The position numbers and the translations under genes were made by a program. From positions 1 to 64,000 of the forward strand of contig NW_021833272.1 in NCBI RefSeq assembly GCF_006345805.1: 64,000 nucleotides of DNA, in the 5' to 3' direction. The notes under the pieces were generated by a model. The model saw only the letters and a program-made list of their open reading frames with translations, had not been told where the DNA came from and searched no databases. Each line of letters begins with the position of its first letter. The first letter of the stretch is position 1. This document shows positions 13,140 to 26,269 of this stretch, one piece after another. The DNA is from Octopus sinensis (taxonomy: Eukaryota).

Positions 13140-13555
13140 GTGGATCATTGGTGTTTAATTTGGAATCATTGGTTCCAAATCATCAATGGTTTGAGACACA
13201 GGTTATTTTTCCCACGGACTGGCCAGCTCAAAGTCCCGATCTAAATCCAATTGAACACCTATAGAGAACTCTTGGTGAATCTATCAGGAACACAACGATT
13301 AAAAATAAAGGGCATTTGTAACAAAAGTTGGTAGAAGAATGGAGTAAAATTGTGCCTAGAACCTGCAAGAAACTAGTTGATTCAAGGCCTAACTGTAGAA
13401 AAGCAGTAATTGATGTTAAAAGAGGGCCAACCAGATATTAAAACTAATGTATATTGTTAAATATACCATAATGTACCATGTTCACGAGTTTCATTATCAT
13501 TGAAATAGCAGGCCCCCAAAACATTGGGTTGGCCTAATTCTTTTGGCCAAGGCTA
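13140..13555 (+). mobile_element. Tc1 (DD34E-type) transposon 3' end
   Basis: DWPAQSPDLNPIEHL*...KLVEEWSKI...KKLVDSRP...AVIDVKRGPTRY* at 13217-13441, followed by a TIR-like ttttggccaaggct ending in TA. Confidence 0.85.
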
Positions 13556-13569
13556 TATATATACTTTCA

Positions 13570-13770
13570 TACTATGATACGTTTCGGCCAGTGTTGGCCC
13601 AGACCATGTCTAACTTAATAACACCACCTGGAAAACTCATTCAAATCAGGAATTGGACAACATAGCCCAATCAAGTAGAGAGTTATTGTTAACGGAGATA
13701 TTTCCAGATGAAAGAGCTTTATCCGGGATTTACTTCTTGAACATTATGGGGTATTATTAGAAATAATGAA
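13570..13770 (-). mobile_element. Possible Penelope-like 3' end remnant
   Basis: Minus-strand *SSFIWKY-PL resembles a GIY-YIG C-terminus and is followed by GGCC-loop-GGCC-GAAAC-GUA (half a hammerhead, no CUGAnGA). Confidence 0.3.
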
Positions 13771-14077
13771 GATTCAATTGAATTAGGTAATTAAGTTGAG
13801 GCACCAAGTCTGTCCGGAGTTAGGTTAATAGAAATCAAATAAGTAACAAGGATGACCAGGCATTAGTGCATTACCGCCGTAATGCACTAATTGGAGCCGC
13901 TTGAAACGGCCGTAATGCAGTAATAAATGAACACCCTTGTTACTTGCTTGCTATAAATATATGTGTGTGTGTATGTATATATATATATATATATATTATA
14001 TGTGTGTGTGTGTGTGTGTGTGGTGTGTGTGTGTGTGTGTATGATGTTTGTATGATGTTGTGTGTGTGCGTATATAC

Positions 14078-14164
<87 letters not shown>

Positions 14165-14409
14165 CATATGTACATATACAAGGTGTATATTGTGTGTGTG
14201 TTTGTGCATGTATATATGTATATACACATACATATATATATATATTAATAAGTATATAATATGTATGAATGTATGTATGTATGTATGTATGTATGTATGT
14301 ATGTATGTATTGACATGAATGTTTCTGCCAGTGTTTTTTTTTTTTGTTTTTGTTTCTGTTGCTATGTTGTTGTCCGAGCGTTTGTGTCCCTCTGCATTTA
14401 TTATGAGTT

Positions 14410-14679
14410 AATCTTCAATATCGTCAGACAGGCTTAATGACATGGTGAGCACTTGACAACGTTGCCAGACGGACACTTCAGCCATGACCAACAGAATGAA
14501 GCATGTAATGTCATCATGATCATCGGCATTAATAATAATCATCATCGTCGTCATCATCATCATCATCTTCGTCGTCGTAATGTTCATGCTCATATTCATC
14601 ATCATGCTCATTATCATCATCATCGTCATTATCATTGGTGTCTTCATCACCAGCATCACAATCATCATCATCATCATCA

Positions 14680-14714
<35 letters not shown>

Positions 14715-14913
14715 CTCATTGTCTTTGTCATCGCCAGCATCATCGTCCTACTCATCATCAACATTATGATCAGCATCGTCATCCTCGTCGGTATCATCAT
14801 CATAATCATCATCGCCATCGCCATCATCACCATCACCGTCGTTGTTGTGGCCGTCTGCACCATTATCATCGTCTTCGTCGTCATCATCATCATCATCATC
14901 GTCGTCGTCGTCG

Positions 14914-14964
<51 letters not shown>

Positions 14965-15082
14965 ACATCGTCGTCGTCGACATCGTCATCATCACCATCA
15001 TCATCATCATCACCATCATCATCAACATCATCATCATCAACATCATCATCATCATCCTTATCATCATCATCATCATCATCAA

Positions 15083-15116
<34 letters not shown>

Positions 15117-15410
15117 GTCGTCGTCGTCTTCGTCATGCTCATCGCCAGCACCATCGTCATCGTTATCTTCTTTATCAACATCACCACTACGTTCATCAGC
15201 AGTACCACCGTTATCCCTCGCACCGCTACGACCATCACAATAACCACCATCATCATCACCACCAACATCATGTAAACCACCACCACCAACAACAACAACA
15301 ATCAGCTTCCAAAAAGATCAGCAACGACAACAAAACTTTAAAAAAATCAGGAAAGAAGTTATATTTGCTGTGGTGTGGGCGATGGCGGTAGTAGTAGTAG
15401 TAGTAGTAGT

Positions 15411-15448
<38 letters not shown>

Positions 15449-15564
15449 TAGTAGTAGTAGCTGTAGTAGTAGTAGTAGTAGTAGCAGCAGCAACAGTAGT
15501 AGTAGTCGTAGTAGTAGTAGTAGTCGTAGTAGTAGCAGCAGCAGCAGTAGTAGTTGTAGTAGTT

Positions 15565-15616
<52 letters not shown>

Positions 15617-15620
15617 CTGT
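14410..15620. repeat. (ATC)/(GTC)/(AGT)/(AGC) trinucleotide microsatellite mosaic
   Basis: Directly visible; it generates the poly-His/Met/Ile/Ser ORFs. Confidence 0.9.
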
Positions 15621-16144
15621 TGTAGTAATCAGTGCATTTTCTCCCATCAAACCCCAATAGCAAGCCACCACAACATCAAACACGCGCCAGTCGTGACACT
15701 CCCACATGTATTTTTTTTGTTTTATGTTTCCTGTTGTTATAGTTCAAACTCGCTCTTATATCTAAAACTCACATCAAAACACTTCTTTCGTTGCTTGCAT
15801 TTAAAAGCGGTAAGTGTCAGTGAGGACGAACCTATGACGTACGTGTCATTTTAGCACGTCGTGGTATTTTCAGAGGAATATGACTGAGTTTTGAAAAAGA
15901 ACATATATAAGACAACGAAAAAAAAAAAAAAAGAAAATCTCCGCATTATCATGGATTAAGGAGCTAATCTCTAAGCATTTTTCTAAAAATATACATGGAA
16001 ACATACTTTAATATATAAGTACTCGTGAAAATATAAATGAAGATGTATTACTGTGCTATATATATATATATATATATATATATCATATAGATGCATAAAT
16101 ATATATATTGAAAAGGTTGCGAGTCGCAACGAAAATTTTAGAAA

Positions 16145-16478
16145 AACAACTCGACTCTTGAACGTATTCTTTGTAAGCCTAGTAATTATTCTATAGGTTT
16201 CTTTTGCCGACCCGCTAGATTACAGGAACGTAAACACACCAGCATCCGTTGTCAAGAGATAGTGGTGGGGAACAAACACAGACATACAAACACACACACA
16301 CACATATATATATATGCATGCGACGGACATCTTTCAGTTTCCATCAAACAAATCCACTCACAAGGCTTTCGTTGGTCAGCCTGAGGCTATAGTAGCAGAC
16401 ACTTGCCCAAGTGGGACTGAACCCGGAACCATGTGGTTGGAAAGCAAGCAACTTACCGCACAGCCACTCCTGCACCTA
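16145..16478 (-). mobile_element. SINE family A copy
   Basis: Reverse complement of the head (aggtgcaggagtggctgtgcggtaag) and body, with an internal CA/TA run. Confidence 0.8.
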
Positions 16479-16924
16479 TCAGTTGAATAATATCAAAACA
16501 TTGTCTAGTTTTCACGTTTTTCATTTATGGTATTTAAAATAAATTTTTTTACAATGTTGTGTGTTAAACAAATAATATTAAAAATATATTTTGTAATGGT
16601 CATAAAGTTCAATTGGCACTTCCATACGTTCATGTCTGTGTGTGTGTGTATGTATGTATGTATGTATGTATTATGTATGTATGTATGTATATGTATACAT
16701 ACATACATAAATATACATATATACATATATACTCATACATATATATATACATATACATATATATATACATATATAAATATGTATGCACATATATATATAC
16801 ATACGTACATATATGCGTGTGTGTATGTATGTGTGCATATATACATATGTATATATATGTGTGTGTATGAGTATGTGTATGTATATATATATATGCATGT
16901 ATGTACATGTATATGTATATATTA

Positions 16925-17105
16925 TCTTTTACATTCATGCTGGAGCAATGCCTTGAAGAAATTTATCGAAACAATCGACCCCAGTATCTATTATTCTTCT
17001 AAGTCTGGTCTGTATTTTATCGGTCTCTTCTGCTGAACTGCTAGGTAACGGCTACGTAAGCACAATACTGCCTATCAGGTGGTGGTGGGGCAGGACAAAG
17101 ACACA
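16925..17105 (-). mobile_element. SINE family A 3' half, degenerate; the 5' half probably lies at 17785-17930
   Basis: Similarity to the family A tail (catgctggagca...) and, at 17785-17930, to the head half. Confidence 0.55.
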
Positions 17106-17261
17106 CATACACAATCACACATACCCATATATACACACATGCCACACACACATACGCGCGCGCACACACACATAAAGTTCATGTTCAGTTAATTGAAAGA
17201 AAGAAAATAGAGAGTTAAGATAATATCAATTATTTATTATTAAGACATTGGTAATCTTTAA

Positions 17262-17357
17262 TTCTTACATCCGTTTCCATTAGTGCTCAATAAGTAAATT
17301 ACAAATTTATGCTTTAAATGTGCATGTATATCTTATGAGAATAATTTCATCAGAGAA
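17262..17357 (-). ncRNA. Type I hammerhead ribozyme motif (long stem II, one core-flanking mismatch)
   Basis: The minus strand reads UUCU-CUGAUGA-AAUUAUUCUCAUAAG...CUUAUUGAGCACUAAUG-GAAAC-GGAU-GUA-AGAA. Stem I is UUCU/AGAA and stem II is AUUA/UAAU, CUCA/UGAG and UAAG/CUUA; the first stem II pair is an A.G mismatch. Confidence 0.6.
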
Positions 17358-18620
17358 AGTTATTACATGTGGACCCTTCCGTTCAAGCGAGCAGACTAAA
17401 TAAGATATACATTAAGATATTACATGCGGACCCTTCCGTTAATGCAAACAAACTAATTAAGGAATCATTATTTTTTATTGTTATATAGAGCAATGGATAA
17501 AGACCCCCTTCGGTCACAAATGAACGTGGGATTGTACCTAGAAAGTTACCCTCCGAGGGTGTACTGAGAGGTTTCTTGGTTTCACTGCACTTCGAAAGGC
17601 TTGGCTGGAGGCCCAAGCTTCCAAGTTCTTTAGGACTGCAGCAATAACTGTGTGAATCTGAGAAGGGAAATATGTTGAATAATATCATAATTAGTTGTTC
17701 CTCCTGTATTTTCTTTTACCCATAGCCAAGAACTTGTCAGCAAACCTCCGTATACGCACCCGCACACGCACGCACGCACACATACGCACACACAATGGGC
17801 TTCTTCCATTTTCAGCCCACCAAATCTACTCACAAGTCTCTTTAGTCGACCCGAGGGTTTAGTAGAAAGCATATATCCAAGGCGCCAAATATTAGGTGCG
17901 AACCCGGAACCATATGGTTGGGAAGCCTGCGCTTTGTATACTGTTGATATTTTTTCTTTATTTTCTACTTAAACCAAAATGTAAAGTACACTATGATATT
18001 TTTTTCAAAATATTAGTTTTAATATTTATTTTAACCTCATCTTCTTTCACTTAATAACCTATCAAATAGTAATCAACGATTCATACCTCACGCTGATTTA
18101 TGACTGAATTGATTAACGACTTGTTTCACTTAATTAAGTCACAATCATTTACTTGTTAGATGTTGGACTCTTTCCAAAAATCTTCAATACTACCCGCGCC
18201 AGAACGATTTAATGAAGTTAAATTAAGTATCCATTTCAACCAAACTCATTTTCAATATCTAAGAGAGGAAACGGTTCAGTAAATATGTTGAAATTAATAT
18301 AACGTATCCGATAGGTGAGTTAACACTATCCTTATGCCTCTACAGAGAATTACCAATCTCACGATTGCAAATGCTTTGTTTACTAAACTAATTCAAATGT
18401 ATTTTCTAACTAATAAGAAACAAGAGGAAATTTCGTGCATATTTAACATATATATATATGTTAATATCCTATAATATATTAAAATTATTTGATGTCGGTC
18501 CGGATTTCCTTCTGTTTGTTCAGTGCTTATGCAAGAAGAAATTATAGGTATTTTGCTGGGGGACTGCATTCAAGCGATGTTTTGTCGAATAAATCGACGC
18601 CAGCATATTGTTTGTATATA

Positions 18621-18651
<31 letters not shown>

Positions 18652-19149
18652 CATACATACATACATACACATATATACATATATATATAGAGAGATATAT
18701 ATTTTTATATATATTTAATCAATAATATATCAATATGGCGTCGAATTACAGCGACATCAGTATAGTGAACAAAATATTCTCTCCCAATCATATTACACAG
18801 GGAATCGTGAAGCAGATTCTTCTCAACTTATAAGATAACAGAGTAACGTGATTAGTTGGGAAGGAATGAAAGGGAGTTTAATACGTAAAACTAGATAAAA
18901 TACAGTGGAATATAGTAGAGTACAAGCAGTTAGGGAGAGGTTTAATTTTCTGTTGTGTGTTCTATCCATATTGCCTGAGATACACCTCAAACTATATATT
19001 TCACCCTCTTGTTCCTTATGTCTTTCTCTGTTCATCCACGTAAATACATGTATGTATGTATGTATGTATGTATGTATGTATGTATGTATGTATGTATGTA
19101 TGTATGTATGCATGCATGCATGTATTGTGTATGTATGTATGTATATATG

Positions 19150-19197
<48 letters not shown>

Positions 19198-19214
19198 ATA
19201 TATATATATATAGT

Positions 19215-19380
19215 GGGAATTTACAAAAAAAAAAAGAAGACGAAGAAAGGGGTGTAAACGACAAACAGATGTATTAGTTTAACACTCGGGAAGTGAGAAA
19301 GTATTTTACGTTTCGAGTCTAAGCTCTTCGACAGAAAGGAACACAGAAATAAACAGGGAGAGAAAATAGAAAATAGATAT
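19215..19380 (-). mobile_element. Short PLE-terminus-like element with minimal hammerhead-like motif
   Basis: The minus strand 19337-19304 reads UUU-CUGUCGA-AGAGCUUAGACUC-GAAAC-GUA-AAA. It is homologous to 57560-57760 and abuts a TA microsatellite. Confidence 0.6.
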
Positions 19381-19389
19381 ATTTTTTGT

Positions 19390-20232
19390 CGGTTTCAACT
19401 CAAAGCTGTGGCCATGCTGGGGCATAGTCGTGTTATTGAGAGCCTCTTCTGATATGTGGCATTTCGTCAATAAGGGAGTTTGATGTCGCTGCCCTGATTA
19501 GCACCTCCTCCCGCGAGGTAGGTTCATCTGGAACTCTCAATAGGAAGAGATCCAGTTTTCTTTTGAAAACACTTAATCCACTTTGTGTAGGTCCTTCAGG
19601 CATTTTGGATGAATATTTGATAGGTGTGGGCCCTTGATACCCAAACTGTTGCAATAACTAGTCCTGAAGTATGATGGCATTGTTGGTGTCTTTGGCACTG
19701 TGTAGTGGCGACTCGTTCTGGCATTTGTGTAGCTTTCGATGCCGAAATTTGGCACAATCCCTTCCAGAATCTTCCAAATATATCTTACTGCATATCTCTC
19801 CCACCTACGCTCCAGAGAATAGAGTCTTAGCAGTTTCAACCTCTCCCAGTAGCTGAGCTGTTGCAAAGAGACGATCTTCTTTGTGAAGCTTCGTGGGATT
19901 GCTTCAAGGTCCACTGTTAAACTGTTAGTAACCATAGTTGGGAGCAGTAGTCAAGGCGGCTGAGGACGAATGACCTCCAGAGGACCAACATTATTTCCTT
20001 CTCTCTGGTTCTGAAAGTCCTTAGGATCCAGCCATCCAACCGTCTGCACTTTGTCGCCATATTGGGAATATGCACTTGTAAAGAGTTATCATCACTCATA
20101 TCGATACCCAGGTCCAGCACTGATTGTGGGATTGTAATCCCTCTTGCGCCAGTGTAACCTGTAAGATTTTCGTTCAGTTTTGGGAACTGGTAGAACAGGA
20201 CTTGGAATTTACTTGCATTAAGCTGCATGTTA
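19390..20232 (-). mobile_element. CR1-group LINE, 5'-truncated 3' end
   Basis: Minus-strand MQLNASKFQV...VLDLGIDMSDD...GWILRTFRTRE...LSRLDYCSQLW, YWERLKLLRLYSLERRWERY and FKRKLDLFLLRVPDEP...SNSL are typical of the CR1-group RT C-terminal region. Confidence 0.85.
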
Positions 20233-20239
20233 TTGTCCT

Positions 20240-20364
20240 ACATATATATAGATGTACGAAATAATTTGTTCCCGGAGACCCCTCGTAAATAAAAGATAAA
20301 ACTCGTAAAAGCTCGTGTATCCAGGGTCTCATAGAGCGGCCCTCGTAAAGTGAGGTATTACCGT
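20240..20364. mobile_element. pogo/Tigger-type MITE (left TIR eroded)
   Basis: The right end ctcgtaaagtgaggtattaccgTA and left end gatgtacgaaataatttgttcc resemble pogo-type MITE ends; it is flanked by TA runs. Confidence 0.4.
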
Positions 20365-20382
20365 ATATATGTATGTATCATG

Positions 20383-20453
<71 letters not shown>

Positions 20454-20455
20454 TG

Positions 20456-20527
<72 letters not shown>

Positions 20528-20539
20528 TACTTAACGCCA

Positions 20540-20690
20540 TTTTGTCCGTCTCCACGTTCTGAGCTCAAATTTCTCTGGGTTCGATTTCACCGTTCAACCT
20601 TTCAGGGTCGATAAAAATAAGTTCCAGTTGGACACTGGATTCGATGTAATTGGCTCATGTTTATCTCTTGTGCCAAAATTTGAAACCAAT
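20540..20690 (+). mobile_element. SINE family B, degenerate partial copy
   Basis: cgttctgagctcaaattt...ctttcagggtcgataaaaataagttccagttggacactgg matches the family B body. Confidence 0.65.
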
Positions 20691-20719
20691 ATTCTATCTG
20701 GTACTGAATCTTACTACAG

Positions 20720-21530
20720 CAGGGCAACAATGCTTATAAACTCCCTTTGTGTTTCGTTCTTATATTTGAAAGCTGAATCAGTGGTAAATGCAATTGGTGT
20801 AATCCTTATGAGCTCCTGAATATTCGAAACGATACACGAGTAGGAGCATTAATTTCAAAACAGTAGCATCATTTCTGCCCAGAAGAAGCGTCGGATGATT
20901 TCTGAAAGCTTTAAATCCCCGTATTCATTCTACTGGTGGGCGATAAAGCTTCTAGCAGGCATGTCTTTTAGAAAAGCGAAGTCTGTATGTTTCGTCTAGC
21001 GTGTAAACCCCATTTGTCAATCATTTTTTTCAGCTGCACAAGTTAATTAGTAGTAGCCTTGGAATCGGTTCTGCGAGCTTCACCGGTCAATTTTATGTTG
21101 TGCGAATTCAATCATTTCTTAAACCTTTCAAGCTCGATTTTAGTTGCCAGAAAAGGTGTTTCATTTGATGTTTCACCTTTCCTTTTCTAAAAAAATCGTC
21201 ATAAAAACCTTTGGCTTGATTTAAAATTCCCATTTTGTTTATCAGTACAACCCACCATCGTTATATATACTGTTTTAAGCACCATGTTAGATGCATAAAA
21301 AATAAGATCCAAGTGGTCAACAGAATAGCTTCTCGAACATCTATCTTATTTTTCTCTCTATTGTCATGTATTATTCTAACTGTAGACGCTGCAAGATTTA
21401 ATACATTGGCTTTGTGGATGATTTTTTTTTTATTTCTCATGCATCAAACCATTTTAAAAGACCAGCTTCAATATTAAGTGTAATCCTTTAGCGTTACCAT
21501 TTCGCACGCTACTCTTATTCGTATGGAGGT
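20720..21530 (-). mobile_element. pogo/Tigger (CENP-B-like) transposase remnant
   Basis: By-eye minus-strand translation gives ANVLNLAASTVRIIHDNREK (psq-type HTH), FLATKIELERFKK*LNSHNIKLTGEA, MPARSFIA and GRNDATVLKLMLLLVY. It contains stops and frameshifts and is absent from the ORF track. Confidence 0.75.
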
Positions 21531-23174
21531 AAGAATGGAAATAAAGAAGATAAAACGGTGAAGTAGGAAGCTACGTATGTGGAGATAGAGTTTGACTCTA
21601 GTTAGCTATTGAACGCCTTGCAGGTTCATGGATATTTCATCGCTTTTATCTCCATGTTGGATATAAAAACGCCTCACACTGACACACATACACGCGCACA
21701 CACATACACGCGCAAACACACACACACACACACACAAACAGACACAAAATCTCTCTGTATGTTCTTTCTCTCATACGCACATACAAGATTGTGTTGACAT
21801 AAAAATACGTCGCTATAGTAATTGCTAACATGTTTATCGTATTTTCTTGTTAGTTGGTTGTTTAAAATAAAAGTTGAAGAGTGTGTAGAGGCGCTGGTGT
21901 TGTGTTGGTTATATTAGTTTTGGTGTTAGTGCTGGTGTCGGTTTTGGTGGAGGTGATCATATTGTTCTTGTTAATTATATTGTTGTCACTGTTTAGTTTC
22001 AAGTCAAACCTTATTGTTTTGAGATCAAAAGCATTTATTTCATTCAACTTTTTAAAATACCCAAGGGAAATCGTTCTAAACATTTTTTTAAAGTCATGTC
22101 CTCCACCGTTCGAATGCTTAATTTTACTGTGCCTCCCCTCTAGACATTATTATTGAAAAAAGTACTACAGTTTTGTAAATATACGGTTAAGAGTAGAAAC
22201 AAGTCTCTTTTGAAAATTTAAAAACCTTCAATAAAGATAAAATTTGTTAATTTTATCAAATAACAAAATTCTAAATATTGTCTTAAATTAGTTTTATTAT
22301 CATGAAATTTATTTCAATGAATATTTAAAAATTGATAATTTCTAATGAAAACATTTTTTTGACAAAAATTTATTATAATAAATACACATTTTTCAAAAAA
22401 TCTATTTTCAAAGGTGACCTGTTTTCTACCATTAACGTAATAAACTCCATAAAAATATCAGAGTTTATTTATTGCGTATTTATTCTGTATTATTCTTTTT
22501 CACAAAAACAAAAAAACATTTTCTGGGTTCAATAAAACAACCATTTATAATCACACACTTTTCTGATATGACACGAAGAACAAACTATTTCTATTGACAC
22601 CCAGAAAATCAATAATTTCTAAAAATGATTACTTTTTGAGCGCAGAAATAATATCCTTTAGCCAAATTTTAAAAAAATGTATCATTTTATCTTTTTTATT
22701 GTGTTTATTCGGTGTGATCCTTGAAGTAGAAGCAGTTTGGCAAATTTTTCACTGTATGGGTCTATGATGGTTAGAAACAAACGAAGGTCGATTCTACTTA
22801 GAGTTTCTAAGCGACTGAGAATTTTGATAGAATGGAAGACGCTCGGTTAAAGCCTGTCTCAACTATTTAAGAAATAAGGAAGGCAATGAAATATACATTT
22901 ATTTCCTGTCAAAGCAGTGGGGATTTCACAGCAATTTTCCTATTCGTCCATAAGTTATTGAAACCGTGATTAAATTTTAGCTTCATAAGTATTATTACTG
23001 TGCGGCTCAACAAGGCTTATTCGTAGCCGAATATCACGGTTAGTTGCATTTGTCCCATTTGGGTCAACTGCTTAACTTGGGGTATTGGCTTCCAGGCGAT
23101 CATCGAACCTAATTTCCATATCAATGTGGAATTTCTTCACGTGTTTAAAGCGTACATTCTTTTATTTTTCTTTT

Positions 23175-23290
23175 CTACACTAGGTACAAGGCCCGAAACT
23201 TTTGGGGAGGGAGCTTGTCTATTTGATCGACCCCAATACGCAACTGCTACTTAATTTATCGACCCCGAAAGGATGAAAGGCAAAGTGTAC
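23175..23290 (-). mobile_element. SINE family B 3' part
   Basis: Reverse complement of cctttcatcctttcggggtcgataaattaagt plus the type-2 tail. Confidence 0.75.
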
Positions 23291-23337
23291 ACTAACATAT
23301 CATTCTCCTGCAGCTCCACCCCTTCCGCAATAGAGAT

Positions 23338-23580
23338 AAAGGCGGCGAGCTGGCAGAAACGTTAGCACGCCGGACGAAATGCTTAGCGGTATTTCGTCTG
23401 CCGCTACGTTCTGAGTTCAAATTCCGACGGGATCGACTTTGCCTTTCATCCTTTCGGGGTCGATTAAATAAGTACCAGTTACGCACTGGGGTCGATATAA
23501 TCGACTTAATTCGTTTGTCTGTCCTTGTTTGTCCTCTCTACGTTTAGCCCCTTGTGGGCAATAAAGGAATAAGAGATAAT
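23338..23580 (+). mobile_element. tRNA-derived SINE family B, full length (type-1 tail)
   Basis: ggcggcgagctggcagaaacgttagc (A box), gagttcaaattcc (B box), then the conserved central block gcctttcatcctttcggggtcgat...aagtaccagt. This block resembles conserved central SINE domains; Meta versus Deu/Nin assignment is unverified. Confidence 0.85.
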
Positions 23581-24124
23581 GAGTGGAATATGCATCAACT
23601 AACGCCAAATTCCTTTGTCCTGAATAGGTTAAATTTTCCAAGAAAAGCATCCAGAAGCTTCTTTACAATTCAAGGATTTGTATTTTTATCTTGTAGATGT
23701 TTGTTTAGCAAATTTATCTTCTCGAAAATATTTGAACGGTAGAATCTGTCACAATTGGCAGCTAGGTTTCCTCCCCCGAACTGCTTATCATTCAGAAACA
23801 TTACAACACCGTCCTAAAGTTCAACGAAGCGATGCAGGCAATTAAGCCTTAGAGATTGTCACCAGATGTTTGAACTTCAAAGCAGTAATATATTTAATTC
23901 ATATAAGACTTTCAAATGCCAACTCGATATTTTATTCCTCAATGATTGATTATTAATGAGTCCCATTTTGAAATGAATCCTATATTTTCTGTCAACGCAA
24001 AATTTACGATATAAAAACGGCATAATATATATAAATGTGTGTGTACGTATGATCTGTGTGCATATTTTGAAGTTACAGAGCGTAATGGAAATCTTTAAGA
24101 AGAAATTGTGCGGTAGCATGCAAA

Positions 24125-24480
24125 AGCACGTGACTTAATAGTTAGAGAGTCGGGTTCGCAGTCTTGAGGTAGTGAGTTCGATTCCCGGATCAGGCTGCGT
24201 GTTGTGTCCATGAGCGAGACACTTTATTTCACATTGCTCCAGTTCACTCAGCTGTAGAAATGAGTTGCGACGTCACAGGTGCCAAGCTGTATCGGCTGTT
24301 TTACCTTTCCTTTGGATAACATCAGTGACGTGGAGAGAGGAGGCTGGTATGCACTTGTGCCTCAGAGGGCAACTTTCTTGGTGCAATCTCATGGTCATTC
24401 ATTACCAACGTAGGTCTTTACCCTTCATGAGGACACCATTCATGGAGCTCTGCATCCACTACCAATCCCTAAATGTGCCT
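24125..24480 (+). mobile_element. tRNA-derived SINE family D
   Basis: B box gtgagttcgattccc, then ttgtgtccatgagcgagacactttatttcacattgctccagttcactcagctgt. Confidence 0.7.
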
Positions 24481-24920
24481 CTGGCTCCAGGCTGAGAAAC
24501 TATGCCATCGCGTAGCTCATTATCTCACGCGGTTTTAGGTGTTTCAGAAGGAGAAGCTTAATTAAGGTGTTGGTTGGTTGACACGAAATGGCAGTGGGGG
24601 TTTTGTTGATGGTGGTTGTGCTGGCGGAACTGCGAGTAGATACTGGTGGTGGTGGAAGTTTATATGCGTGTGTGTGCCCGTGTGTGTGTAATGTATAAAG
24701 GATTGTGGGTAGGGTCAGGACAATGCGAAGTAAATGCAAGGCAAATCTCAAGAGAACAAATATATGAATGAATATAGATTTCTCTTGCATTCAAATTTTC
24801 GGGGGTTATGAACCCCATTTTCGAGAAACTAACGAATATTGCCGATGTGCGTGTGTACGCACAATATATTCTGTACAATGCTTCATAGTAATTATTTCAT
24901 ACACACACACACACACACAT

Positions 24921-25023
<103 letters not shown>

Positions 25024-25033
25024 CATATATACT

Positions 25034-25254
25034 ATTTTACTCTTATACTTGTTTCAGTCATTTGACTGTGGCCATGCTGGAGCACCGCCTGTAGTCGAGC
25101 AAATAGTCTCTAGGACTTATTCTTTGTACGCTTAGTACTTATTCTCTCGGTCTCTTTTGGAGAACCGCTAAGTTACGAGGACAAGCACACCAGCATCTGT
25201 TGTCATGCGATGTTGGGGGGACAAACACAGACCACACAACATATGCACAAACAC

Positions 25255-25323
<69 letters not shown>

Positions 25324-25390
25324 ACAGGCTTCTTTCAAATTCCGTCTTCCAAATCCATTCAGAAGGCTTGCTTTGGTTGCCGAGGCTATT
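25034..25390 (-). mobile_element. SINE family A, 5'-truncated
   Basis: Tail tgtttcagtcatttgactgtggccatgctggagcaccgcc and an internal TA run. Confidence 0.8.
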
Positions 25391-25520
25391 CATATATATC
25401 TACATACATACATACATATATATATATATATATTATTATATATATATATATATATATGTTTATATATATATATATATGATTATATACTTATATATACACA
25501 CACACATATATATATATTTT

Positions 25521-25603
<83 letters not shown>

Positions 25604-26269
25604 TTATATACATATATACCAATAAATATATATATGTGTATATATATATATATATATATACATACACACGCGAATATGTGTGTGTATCTATGTATGTATA
25701 TATATACATATACACTCACACGCACGCACGCACACACACACATACACATATATTGTACGAATATACGAGAAAGTGCTGAAAAGTTCCTGGCTTATACATC
25801 AGACCCAAAATTGCGGCACGCACAAACGCCACCCGAGGTCTGCCGCCCCTTCATCCTCTGACACCCCCCCCCCATTAGGTGCGCTACATGTATACATCCG
25901 TACACACATACTAATACTTATGCACACACTGTTTGAAAGTGTGTATGCATATATATATATATGTGTGTGTGTGTGTGATTTTTGTGTATACATACACAAC
26001 TGTAGGTGTTTGATTTCATTAAATTAAACGTAAAGCCTAACACATCTGGGCGTATGATTCGTTTGAGGAGAAGCATAGGGAGAAGAAAATATGTCGTCAA
26101 TAACGAATCTCGTTATTTCAGTGTAATCCGTAAATAATATTGATGACGTCTGAAGCTACCCAGATTTATATGATTAAAGTGCCTTCAAGTTTGTAATTAA
26201 TCTTTCTTATACACGCACACCCCAGCTCACCCATCCCCACCACACACCCATATGTATATATCTTTAATC

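Larger units (their letters stand above)
22065..24030 (-). mobile_element. hAT (Charlie/Buster-like) transposon 3' portion, decayed, interrupted by SINE B copies at about 23175-23580
   Basis: Minus-strand NCLHRFVEL*DGVVMFLNDK, IFEKINLLNKHLQDKNTN, IDMEIRFDD, FIAFLIS*IVETGFNR and IDLRLFLT...QGSH. A TIR-like aatcgttctaaacattttt sits at about 22069. Confidence 0.75.

Noticed and set aside
14408-15391. 297-312-aa poly-Met / poly-His ORFs
   Set aside because: (ATC)n mosaic that is open in several frames on both strands.
23338-23430. tRNA gene calls for SINE heads (also 28558, 11223, 24125)
   Set aside because: A and B boxes are present but there is no complete cloverleaf, and each continues into a multi-copy SINE body.
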